NCBI GenBank assembly: GCA_002269645.1
Contig: NIVC01000763.1
Span: 186,001-250,000 of the forward strand
Source: Macrostomum lignano
Taxonomy: Eukaryota
DNA length: 64,000 nucleotides
Reading direction: 5' to 3'
Within the stretch, counting starts at the first letter, position 1. Each line of letters starts with the position of its first letter. Under the pieces are notes generated by a model. That model saw only the letters and a list, made by a program, of their open reading frames with translations, was not told where the DNA came from and did no database searches. Position numbers and translations under genes: made by a program. This document shows positions 51,443-62,599 of the stretch, in pieces.

Positions 51443-51790
51443 GGTTGTGGCCTAGTGGTCAGAGCGTCGGACTCGCGACTTGAAGGTCTGGGGTTCGATT
51501 CCCGATCCTACTGGAACAATTGTGTCCTTGAGCAAGACCACTTAACTCTGCATTGCTTCAGTTCACCCAGCTGTAGAATGGGTGCCAGCATTAGCTGGGG
51601 TAATTGAGGGTGTGTGTGGCGACCCCCCAGTCCTTGGACTGAACAGCCGTACGCAGCCTTCAGATGCGCCGCGCAATAGCTGCGGCTGAGCTGTCGGTTG
51701 CACATCTGGCCCCATTGGGGCAGGTGTAACCAACTATTATTATTATTAGTATTCGAAATACGTAATTTCTTTCTTTTTTCTTTTGTTTCT
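51443..51790 (+). mobile_element. tRNA-derived CORE-type SINE (family A), intact orientation
   Basis: A box TGGCCTAGTGG, B box GGTTCGATTCCC; CCTTGAGCAAGACCACTTAACTCT...TCAGTT...CTGTAGAATGGG resembles the MIR/CORE consensus; (ATT)n tail. Confidence 0.9.
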
Positions 51791-51897
51791 CTTAACTCAA
51801 GTAAATCTACAATAGAACTCAAAAGAAAGGTCAAAAGAACACTTTTAAGTATAAAGCATCTGGAAACTCACCCCCGACTCCAAAACTAAAATTTCAG

Positions 51898-52362
51898 GAA
51901 AGGTGAAAGTCGCCTGCCGGGTGAGCTGGCCGGACTGCTAGCGCAAAATACAATGGACAATAACATGCATTCCTACGGACAGGCGCTGCACAAACAGCAC
52001 CACACGGTGTCAGTGGATAAATACTATTTCCAATACAAACTGGACGCTCCGATAAACTTGAGAGGCGTCATTATCTGGGGCAAGTACGGCTGCTGCAGAG
52101 CAGACTTCTCCGAATAGGAGTTGTCACATCAAACAATGTGAAGATGTGCCGCTTTGATAAAGACTATCTACCAGGCAAATACTATGCCGTTCAGGACCAG
52201 TGCAAGCACGACTCGATCAAGGGGATATACATTAATCACAGATTTGGCGAGAAAGTAATCACAGTGTCGGAGGCGGCATTCTACGAGCGTATGCTTATTA
52301 ACTCCGATTGGACTTGGGGAAAGCTCAGAAATAAGCAATATACGAGCGTGCTAACCCATTGA
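51898..52362 (+). pseudogene. Putative F-type lectin (fucolectin/FTP)-like exon with a 1-nt frameshift at about 52108
   Basis: Acceptor aatttcag|G; TMDNN...HHT...YFQYKL...VIIWGKYGCC, then after the shift RIGV...C...C...IYI...VSEAAFY, paralleling the FTP pattern DGN/HT/W.VDL/DCC/CEV. Confidence 0.45.
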
Positions 52363-52374
52363 GCCAATGGGAGT

Positions 52375-52695
52375 CAAATGAGAATGAGAGTGAGAATGAG
52401 AATGAGAATGAGAAGGGAGCCAAAATGAGAGTCGACATCGTCATTCATCATGGTTACCGTGCAGAGAGCTGCAGAATGTCTGTCCTAGTGTCTTAGTGTC
52501 TTAGTGTCTTAGTGTCTTAGTGTCTGTCTGTCTATCTGTCTGTCTGTCTGTCTGTCTGCCTAACCCCTCACCCCTCACCCCTCACCCCTCACCCCTCACC
52601 CCTCACCCCTCACCCCTCACCCCTCAACCCTCAACCCTCTCCCCTCACCCCTCACCCTTCAACCCTCAACCCTCTCCCCTCTCCCCTCTCCCCTC
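52375..52695. repeat. Cluster of short repeats: (GAGAAT)n, (TAGTGTCT)n, (TGTC)n, (CCCTCAC)n
   Basis: Direct. Confidence 0.9.
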
Positions 52696-53067
52696 ATCCG
52701 GGAATATGAGTCGTGAATACACACAAACATGCATGAAGCGTAATCCTGGTACCATTGCTTCGATAAAATTTTTGCACGTTCAATTAAAATCTCAATTGAG
52801 GAAAATTCAAGGTGCATTCAAGGTGCAAGATGCATATATTCATGCAAAAGTTATAAACAAAAATATTTCATAGTTTATGGTTTAATCCGGTTGTACCGTG
52901 TTTAGCCGGTCATCAAAACTACAATTCTATAAGATCAAAAGGTGAATTCGACCTGCATGCCGAAGTTTATTCAATAACACGGGGACTTAGACCGAACAAT
53001 ATGTAAGTTCGTTATGAGATTTACATTGTAAATATAATTAATATCCAACAGCTATGGTCTCAATGTT

Positions 53068-53299
53068 AGAGCCAACCCCCCCCCCCCAAGGCGCAGTGAA
53101 GTGTACATGCCTAACAATTGATAAAGTTAGGGCCGCTGTACACTCCTGTGTGAGTGTGTGCCTGCGTAACGTATCCGCGCGCTTGTGTGCCTGCTCAGGG
53201 GAGTCGGCGGAATGGGCAGTAATGCCTCTCGCCGGTTGTGTGCCAATGACGCTTAAATTGCGCCAGGGTGCACACAACCCCCCTGCCTCTAAAAAAAAA
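53068..53299 (+). mobile_element. 5'-truncated SINE family B copy with A9 tail and 14-bp TSD
   Basis: ATGGTCTCAATGTT at 53054-53067 and 53299-53312; body homologous to the reverse complement of 41400-41590. Confidence 0.88.
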
Positions 53300-53493
53300 T
53301 GGTCTCAATGTTGCTATTGAAAATTGTGTAGGTTTATGTAAACAATTTTCAGCCTCTAAACTTCCATTTACGAGTCGATAGGCAGACGCCCATTACTCTG
53401 TTGCATGCCACCCAGCAACGAAAAATTAGAATCCCTAAGCCAGGTTCACTTTTGTTCCAGACTGCACAGTGCGCGGTGGTTGGTGAGAGCGTC

Positions 53494-55078
53494 ATGACAA
53501 CCAAGCCGGAAGTCGGTTCCACTTCGGTTCAGACACCGGAACACGAAGCCAGACAAAAAAATAATGCACAGAAGCTCACTGCACAAGAGCGAACTCAAGG
53601 TCGGACAATTTATTTAATTAAACTGCTTCTCCGACTAAAAAACATCAAGTTTCTCTGGATGGTGATTGTGCTGGTGTCCGCATTTTCCAACTACTTCATC
53701 TTCCCTATTGTTGACAGTTGGATGGGAAATCTAGCCCAAACGTTGTCAAAAATTGACGCAGCAGAATTTTATTGGAGCAGCTTGGTAATGCTGCAGGTGC
53801 ATAAGTACAGTTTGAACTTTGTTCAGCTGATGGAAATGATCAAGGAAAGCCAGGGCAGCTACAGTGCCGCAGGAAAACTCATTAGAATGTGCAACGGCAC
53901 CGAGTCCTGCAAAAAAAGCTTATTCTATTCGCTGTACGGCCTCTACAACACCAGCTTGTACACTGCCTACGTCGATTTCGCTGAGCCCGATGCCATCCCC
54001 AGCATCACGTGTCAACTGGCCTACGGGGCCGATCTTCACTGCCCGTTTTTCGGTCACGTTGTCTCCGTTACCAAAAGTCCGGTTCTCTACCACGGCGGCA
54101 ACCGGTTTAAGGAGGTGAACTTTTTCAGTCTGATAACGCACTCGCAGCGAACCCTGAGGAGCGACTCCCGCTCCATGTGCGGCAGGCACACGAGATTCGA
54201 CCTCGTGTTCTCAAGGACCATCATGCTGCAAACTATATTAGTGATCGTCTCAACAATGTTCTACTTTGTAGTTGGGACCATCAGCTGCATTGTGGAGCTG
54301 AAGCGGAACGGCTTTCTCGCGATAATGTTTCATAAAGGCTTGCCGATTCGAAGCTACTGGGCTGCGGTCTGGTCGGTGACAGGCGTGGAGGTCCTGCTGA
54401 TCTCCTTTCTGCTGTCCTTGTCCATCTTTCTTCAGTGCCCGGGCTACTACAGCATCTCGTCAATGCTTTTGGCCTTTGTTGCAGTCTTCTTTCAGCTGAG
54501 TGGCATGGCCGCGTTGTCGCTACTGCTTACGGTGCTAGAGAAAAGTCTATTTCACATCAGTCTAACCATGACACTAATTGCCCTGTGCTCATGTTCCTTT
54601 GTTCTGATATTACGATTGCTGCTGCACAACGTAACGGTGCTGAAAGTGGCTTTTCTATTCATAATGCCGCTGTCGCATGTTGGCGAGTTTCTTCAAGCCG
54701 TCTTGCTGTCCGTCATTCTGCCAGACAGTGTCACAGCTTATCATTACCTGATCGTACTGTTTCTCATCGTATTTACTATCGCCACTATCGCGCTGACTTT
54801 GTACCTGGACTTTATTCTGCCCTCGGGCAACGGCATGTGTCTGCCATATGGCTACGTCACGGATCGGCGCTTCTGGACAGCTGGGCAGCGGGAGCCAAGT
54901 CAGTCTGCGGTTGAAGATCCCCTGGCAGGTGAGGAGCTGACGGACACGCCGAATTTCGAACCAATGACGGACGGCTTCAATCCCATTATTCGAATCAGTC
55001 AGCTTTGCAGAGTCTATTCGAAGAAATTCTGCCAAAAAACGGACAAGGAGGACGTTATAGCTTTGAGCAACGTTTCAG
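53494..55078 (+). CDS. ABCA-family transporter paralogue 2, exon 1 (TMD1)
   Basis: ATG 53494; LPSGNGMCLPYGY motif; GC donor TCA G|gcaagt at the same codon position as the GT donor of paralogue 1. Confidence 0.86.
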
Positions 55079-55224
55079 GCAAGTAAAGTTTTAACGTGCA
55101 CTGAAAATCCTGTTTTGTATAGGTAGTCAACTACCATTTTCCCAATAGAAACAATTTCAAAAAGGGTTGGGTGTGCAATTTTTTTATAATTGCCTTGATA
55201 ACTCCTCGTATAATCCATTTGCAG

Positions 55225-57967
55225 CGCATATTTACGAAGGCCAGATTACAGCAATCATCGGACACAACGGCTCGGGAAAGACCACCCTGCTAAACATCTT
55301 GAACGGTACCGACCAATCAACGTCTGGCAGAGTGTCCGTGAACGGCCTGCTGATGGAGAACTGGGTCAACCGGCTGCGGCTGAACCGCATCATCGGCATC
55401 TGTCCGCAGGAGAACTCGCTGTGCAGCAGCCTCACAGTTGGGCAGACAATCGAGCTGGCACAGCTTAGCTGCGGCCACAGTCCAGAAACTTGGGAAGAAG
55501 AGGCCAGTCGCCTTTTCAAGGCGCTGCGTCTTAGCAGTCATCGGGGCTCGAAAGTCACCGAGCTTAGCAGCGGATTCTCAAGAAAGCTTTGCACCGCTGT
55601 GGCTCTGATTGGCGACGCCAAGGTGCTGTTCCTGGACGAGCCAACGAACGGTGTTGATCCGGTATCGAGAAGGCTGATATGGAGACTGGTGCAGGAGTGC
55701 AAGACCAAGTGCTCAATCATTCTGAGCACGCAGGCGATGGACGAAGCCGACACGCTGGCGGATCGCAAGATTTTCCTGTCCGGCGGATCCGTGCTCTGCG
55801 CCGGGTCGTCCCTGTTCCTGAAGAGCGCCTTCGACTGCGGCTTCGACTTCAACGTCACATTGAAGCACCCTTCGTATGTGCCTCTGCTGATCAAGCAGAT
55901 TCAGCAGGAATTCGCCAAAGTCAAAGTGAAGAACAGGCTTTCAACTAGCCTGGTTTTTCACTTGCCGGCCACGGAGATCAACTCGCTATTCGTGTTGGCC
56001 CAATCTCTGGAGCGCCGAAGCAACTGGATCACAGCGTTCGGCTTGCTGCAAGCGTCGCTCTACGACATCTTCATGCGATTGCGGGATCTGCGGCCAAGCG
56101 AAGTTGAGAAGCTATTTAAGGAGGGTCGCATTGGACTGCTGAGTGCCGATGAAGAGCCGGATGAGCTGGAGGACCAATCCAGCAAGCCCAGTCAGTCTCG
56201 CCTCGCCGAAATGTTCACAGAAATGGAGAAGAAAATCTGTCCTTCTTTCCTGATGCGTTTCCGCGCAATTGCGTACCTCAACGTGTTGCGCGTTGTTCGA
56301 TCCCGAATTCGATTAGCAACCCGAATCATCTCACCAGCTGTGCTCCTGGTACTTTTGCTAATCCTAGCCGTTGTGGAGCGGGGAGCGAACAATTCGAAAA
56401 TGATATTGCGCAACAATCTTACTAATTTTGGGGAAGCTTTCAGCAAAGGCATTTGCCTGTACAGGGAAGGCGATATCGTTGGTGACATTAACGCCTCTTG
56501 GTGCTCCGTTATATTGAAAAGTCATCGCCTGAAGGTCAGAGGGGAAAATTTTGTGAAAATGCAAATACCCGATGGTGCACAATTTTACGAATACATTCAG
56601 GAGCCAGCTCAACTGGACCGCATCAAAGCAGCATGCAACTCGCCAGAAGATCTTGTCGGGTGCCCAATAGTTTTCACGGACACGTGGGACGCTTCGCAGT
56701 TGAATTCGGCTCGCAAACTGTACGTTGGCTCATTTAGCACGTTTGAGCGGCACAACTCCTTCAGAGATGCCTCCGTGTCCATGGGCGCTTACACCAAGTT
56801 TTCAAGGTTCATAATGGCTAAGAAGCTGGGCCAGGAACATCCAGTTTCAGAAAACGCTTACAAAGTGATGGCACTGACTGCCTACAACTTTAGAAGTACA
56901 TTTATTCCCCTGTACGGCGCTTTCGTCCAGCTCATCATTATTGCTATTGTGCCAGCAACGTTCCTTGACGACCTCATGGAGGACAGAGACACTAAAATTA
57001 AGAACCAGCTGTCTTCAATGGGCGTTGAAGACGTGCAATATTGGATCATCATGTTTCTCGTGCACTGGATTCAATACGCCATCATCTACCTTTCCAGTGT
57101 CGTTCTAATAGTTGTAATAAACTTTATTGGCTATGGAAACAGCTTTTATCTAGTTGGGGTTGTACTGCCGACTCTCGTGTTAGGCCTGAGCAACAACCAG
57201 CTTTTGGTGTACATCCTTAGCTCTTTGTTGAACAAATCAAACCCGGTAGTGTCCGTGATACACTTGTTCTTCTCAATATTTCTAGTCTTCATCATTTTGG
57301 CGGCTCAGCTGGACAATGTCTTCGGAATTGTGCTGATTTCGGTTCTTCCTCCATTCACTGCCATCGCGCTCACATTCTACGGCACGAAGGCAATTTTCTA
57401 TACGCTTTCCTACTTTGAACTGAAACGAATCAGCGAAGTAAAGGGGGGAATAAGATTGGTCTACTTTTCCCAGCCGCACGTTTTAAGCTCGCTAATTGCT
57501 TTGGCAGTCCACTCGGTTTTGCTGGCAGTCCTGATGTTCTTTCTGGACGAGAGGGCCACCATTTCGCAGAAGATCCACAGCCTAATTGGCTCAGCAGAAA
57601 CTGACTTCAACAAAGACAGCGACAGCATCGGCTTGAAAGAGGAGACCCGGAGTCTGACCAAAGAGCGGAGAAATCCGGACAACATGCTGGAGATCCGGCA
57701 TCTCTCAGCGGCCTACCAGAGCGGCAACAATGTTGTTAGCGACGTCACCCTGTCCACGTCTCCTGGCGAGATTTTCGGACTACTCGGCCCGAATGGCGCC
57801 GGGAAGAGTACAACCCTGTCTGTCATTGTTGGCGACCTTCGAGCCAAGGAAGGCTGCTGCGAAGTACAAGTTGTCAATCAGTGGATGGCGAGCCGCCTCG
57901 CTGCCAGGCGGGGTCGGATCGGGTACTGCCCGCAGTACAATCCGCAGTACAGCGACGTCACTGTCAG
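55225..57967 (+). CDS. ABCA paralogue 2, exon 2 (NBD1, TMD2, start of NBD2)
   Basis: tttgcag|CG; GHNGSGKTT, CPQ, LSSG, LDEPTNGVDP, GPNGAGKST, YCPQYN; donor GTC AG|gtgaga. Confidence 0.94.
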
Positions 57968-57989
57968 GTGAGAAGGCCTCGTGTAAAAT

Positions 57990-58390
57990 CCGCCCCTTAC
58001 AACACCCGCCCCTCACAACAACCCGCCCCTCACAACAACCTGCCCCTCAAAACAGCCCGCACCTCACAACAACTCGCCCCTCACAACAACCCGCCCCTCA
58101 CAACAACCCGCCCCTCACAACAACCTGCCCCTCACAACAATCCGCACCTCACAACAACCTGCCCCTCACAACAACCTGCCCCTCACAACAACCTGCCCCT
58201 CACAACAACCCGCCCCTCACAACAACCTGCCCCTCACAACAATCCGCACCTCACAACAACTCACCCAAACCACATCCGCCCCTTACAACACCAGCCCCCT
58301 CACAACAACCCACTCCAAACCACATCCGCCACAAATAACACCAGCCATAAACAGCACCCACCCCAAACAACACCCGCCCCTCACAACACT
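57990..58390. repeat. 17-bp minisatellite (CCCCTCACAACAACCTG)n in ABCA paralogue 2 intron 2
   Basis: Direct, degenerating rightward. Confidence 0.92.
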
Positions 58391-58510
58391 ACAAGCCTTA
58401 CAGCAACAATAATTCGGGTCCAATGTTATGCTAGTGCGTTTCCTTCAGGCATTACAGTGACATTGTGTTGTGAACACGATTAATTACTAAATTATGTTAT
58501 TGATCCGCAG

Positions 58511-58894
58511 GGAACACCTAGAATTTTACGCTAGCATAATTGGCGCCAAAGAGTCAAAGGATGTTATCGACGTCCTACTTCAGTGTCTGTGCTTGACAGA
58601 ACACGAGAAGAAGACTAGCAAGCAGTTGTCATATGGTTTTAAAAGACGCTTATCTTTAGCTGCCATCCTGCTTGGCAACCCGTGTCTGCTTGTCATAGAC
58701 GAGGCTTCAACCGGAGTGGACCCCGAGGGCAAGCGCATTCTGTGGAAGGCCATCCAGTCCTTGGCCAGTCGTCGGAATTCCATTGTGGTCACAACGCACA
58801 GCATGGAGGAGGCCGAGGCGCTGTGCCACCGAGTCGGCGTCTTGAACCACGGCCTTCTGGTGGGCCTGGGCTCCGTTCAAGAGCTCAAGAGCAG
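58511..58894 (+). CDS. ABCA paralogue 2, exon 3 (NBD2)
   Basis: atccgcag|G GAA CAC; LSYGFKRRL, IDEASTGVDP, TTHSMEEAEALC; donor AGC AG|gtaagt. Confidence 0.94.
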
Positions 58895-58924
58895 GTAAGT
58901 GGCCCGAAATAATATTGATAGCAG

Positions 58925-59578
58925 TGGCCTATCCGAGCTCTCATCTAGCCTGTCCGAATTCTCATTTGGCCTGTCCGAGTTATAATTTAGCCCGACTGAA
59001 TTCTCATTTATCCTGTCCGAGTTCTCGTTTAGCCTGTCCGAATTCTCATTTATCCTGTCCGAGTTCTCATTTATCCTGTCCGAGTTCTCATTTATCTTGT
59101 CCGAGTTCTCGTTTAGCTTGTCCAAGTTATAATTTAGCCCGACTGAATTCTCATTTATCCTGTCCGAGTTCTCGTTTAGCATGTCCGAATTCTCATCTAG
59201 CCTGTCCGAATTCTCGTTTAGCTTGTCCGAGTTCTCACATGACCTTTCAGAATTATTATTTAGACTGTCCGAATTCACATTTGGTCTGTCCGAGTTTTTG
59301 TTTAGCATGTCCGAATTCTCATTTTTCCTGTCCGAGTTTTCGTTTAGCATGTCCGAATTCTCATTTATCCTGTCCGAGTTCTAATTTAGCCTGTCCGATT
59401 TCTCATTTATCTTGTCCGAGTTTTCGTTTAGCATGTCAGAATTCTCATTTATCCTGTCCGAGTTCTAATTTAGCCCTCCGAATTCTCATTTATCTTGTCC
59501 GAATTCTCATTTAGCCTGTCCGAGTTCTCATTTATCCTGTCCGAATTCTAATCTAGCCTGTCCGAATTCTCATTTAGT
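58925..59578. repeat. 21-bp minisatellite (TGTCCGAGTTCTCATTTAGCC)n in ABCA paralogue 2 intron 3
   Basis: Direct. Confidence 0.94.
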
Positions 59579-59675
59579 TTGAACAAGAGAGGGTAGCCGA
59601 TTTCAACTCCGCAGCCATCCTTCCTTAAGCCTAAAAACCAGCATCTCAACTTAGTTCATCCATGCCCTTTCCAAG

Positions 59676-60051
59676 GTTCGGCCTGTTCTACACGTTGGAG
59701 GTTCTCGTCCGAACCGACCGAGGCAACTCAGCCGCGGTGGTCGCCACCAAGAGGGCCGTCATAGTCGACGCTGTCTCGAAGAAGTTTCCCAACACCGCGG
59801 TGATTGAAGAATTCGCCAACAGGGTGATCTTCTCCATCCCAATGTCCAGCATTGTCCGGCTGTCGCTGGCGCTGATGTGGCTGGCGGAGACCCGGGCAGC
59901 GATCGGGATTCTGTACTTCTCGTTCTATCAGATGTCTCTGGACCAGGTGTTCAGCCGGATGATTCTGCTGCACAACCGGCAGTTGTTTGGCAACGCTGAC
60001 GGGTCTCTGAGTTCGATAGATGACGAATCTGTTGAGCAGGACGATGGATGA
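59676..60051 (+). CDS. ABCA paralogue 2, exon 4 (stop)
   Basis: tttccaag|G TTC GGC; YQMSLDQVF; total 5088 nt (1695 aa). Confidence 0.9.
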
Positions 60052-61489
60052 TTGGATTTTAGGGAACAAGCATTGCTCACAAATATTGTATTTTAGTTTG
60101 CATATTTTATAGCGTACAGGATTATCAGATCTATGGTTATCAAGTTCTACTCAAGTAGAATGACCGGAAAACTCGTTTCTTAGAAAATTTCAGGAGGCAT
60201 AGAAAATACACTACGGAGATAGGAAGCTTTCATTTTTTCGGCACAAAAATAGTTATTGCTTTTGATTGGAGGCAGACCCAAAGTTCATCTTTTGATATGC
60301 TGTGCCTTTTCTATTGCTTTATCTATATTCATAAAGCTTTTCGTTTGGAAAAGTAGAATTCAATGTTTTCATTGTACATTACAATTGTATATGTCCGTAT
60401 GGACAATTAAAATGGCACGGCTCGTCTCATTGGTTTTATGGATCTATTTTATTATTCTTAGCTGACTGTGTAACAATATGTGTAACAGAGATGATGAAAT
60501 AGATTCATAAAAAGAAAAAATTGAGCTGTGCCATGCATTTTTATGATTTTCAGGTACAGGAAACATAGAAACGAGGTTTCCTGTCCTTCTATTAGAGTAT
60601 TCTTTTGGTTAAATACAGCCGCAACGATTGCTAAAATTTATTTAATAAATTGCATCGATTGCAAATCAAATTTCTGAGAGTCTGCAGCGATCTCTAGAAA
60701 GTAAAAATTGCGGAAGAATAGTGAGGCTTAAGATTTCCTTGCCCCAGCAACAGTAAAATCAATAGCTGCAGAGTCCTGCCGGGGCAGTCATTGAGAGGAA
60801 TGGCTCATTCAGAAAGACAGTCATAGTTGCCGCTCACTGGCATCATCAATATTTCAACTGGCTTGCCTCCTAAGCTGCTGAGATGGGGGTTGCTAAGGAA
60901 GAGAAGAACCCAAGAGCTGCCTGGCAGATGGCGGACCATTGTTCTAATTGCCTGCCGAGAAGCTGGAAAGGCTGTTAGTTGATGCAGGGTAGTTTAGCGA
61001 CGTAGTGCAAGGCAGGTAGAAGAGGCCTGCTTATATTTTTCCCCTAAAAGTTTTCCTGGCTCTGAGATGCAATTTAAACAGACTAAAATAGACAATAAGT
61101 AGAGCTGTGGCGGTAGCGGCCCTCCACCTGCCTACGAGTCACAGCTGTCTACCTGTCTCAAAACGCCTCTGGAAAAAACGAACTACCCAGTGCCGAGGCT
61201 GCACTTCTTTCATTTCGGTTTGAGGATGCAGAAGAGACGCCTTGCTGGAAAGGAGCTCTTCAAGAGCCTGTGAGTGACATCGCTCGTGCTTGCTCGCGAG
61301 TAGGGCGTACCATTAGAACAAGTTTCTTACTCATTTAGTCACGCTCGTGATTCCGCTTGTAGTTCTTAATTCAAAGAGATTCATGCTGCTTACACAGGTA
61401 TATTTTTTAAAGATGCGAGACTTGAATTCACGGTAAACCATAAGCCAAAATCTCAGCAAATAGAACAGTTGTTGAAATGTATTTTTTTG

Positions 61490-61662
61490 TTGAACTCCGC
61501 CCAGTCCTCGCTCACGTCACGCTGAACTCCGCCCAGTCCTCGCTCACGTCACGCTGAACTCCGCCCAGTCCTCGCTCACGTCACACTGAACTCCGCCCAG
61601 TCCTCGCTCACGTCACACTGAACTCCGCCCAGTCCTCGCTCACGTCACGCTGAACTTCGCCC
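61490..61662. repeat. 32-bp tandem repeat (GAACTCCGCCCAGTCCTCGCTCACGTCACGCT) overlapping the lectin gene 3' end
   Basis: About 5.5 copies. Confidence 0.93.
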
Positions 61663-62360
61663 AGCCCTCGCCGTTCTCGATCTCCGACTCGACCTGAGCG
61701 GCACAGCTTCGACCTCCTGTTGTACAGCGCGCGTCTGCAGTTTTTGTCTCGGCCAGCCGCCGCTACGCAGCTCACAGAGCTCGGCATCCCGGTCAGGTCT
61801 TTGTAGCAGTACTCGGTGCTCGGGTTGTAGCTGGTCCGCTTGAACTCCACTCGCCTCCAGGCGGCCGGCTGCAGCTTTGCGGCAGGTCGAGTCGCGGGCC
61901 GGAACTCGCACAGGTAGCCGAAGCTTCCATTGGAGCAGACAGTGTTAGCGAGTCCTTTGGCGAAGGTGTGTTCCAACAGCAGAAGGCAGTCTTCGAATTC
62001 CTTATTTGGATCGTCGTGTCTCCAGAGCTAGTCATCGAGAGGCAGAATGCCGTTGTCGTTGACTCGCTGCCAGCCAGATCTGGAGGTGCTTCGCTCATCG
62101 GCGAGGTTTGAGACGCTGACCCACAGGCCCCGGCTGTAGCTCCGGTAACTGAGGGAGCTGCGGCTGTTCGCCAGCTCGCCCCCGAGCGCCGCGCACTGCA
62201 GGTTGGCCTCGCACCAGGAGTAGCTTTGGTTATTGTTCTTGTAGAGACACTTTCTGGCCGAGCTGCTAAACGGACTCGGACAGAGCAGCTGACCGCGGAC
62301 TGAGCACAGCAGCATCAATACAGTGAGGGCACTCGATTCCATCTGCATCCTGGGCACCAT
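61608..62360 (-). pseudogene. Secreted C-type lectin plus PAN/apple-like protein interrupted by an in-frame TAG at 62028-62030
   Basis: Signal-like LTVLMLLCSVRG; WCEANLQCAALGGELA, LWVSVSNL; after the TAG the same frame continues LWRHDDPNKEFEDC...GYLCEF (CTL motifs), then SCVAAAGRDKNC...YN...KLC. Confidence 0.72.
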
Positions 62361-62599
62361 TCCCAAACTCTCGCTAAGTCAGCCTGCTTTTTAAATCAAA
62401 GCTCATTAAAAATTTTGTGGCAGGTGTCTTGTATCCCAAGACGTTTTTCTAGATTTTGAGTGGGATGCAGCTCGCCGACTGTGTGTCAAAAATGTGTCGA
62501 AGCAATCTGCTTTAATTAGAAGGGTTGAAACCCAGTCAGAAGTCTAGCATTACATATAGGCCTAACCATGGCGGCTCTGATGCAAAATGCCTAAGCGAG

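Noticed and set aside
51443-51515. tRNA genes at 51443, 31191-31260 and 41650-41722
   Set aside because: A/B boxes are present but there is no complete acceptor stem, and each continues into a SINE body
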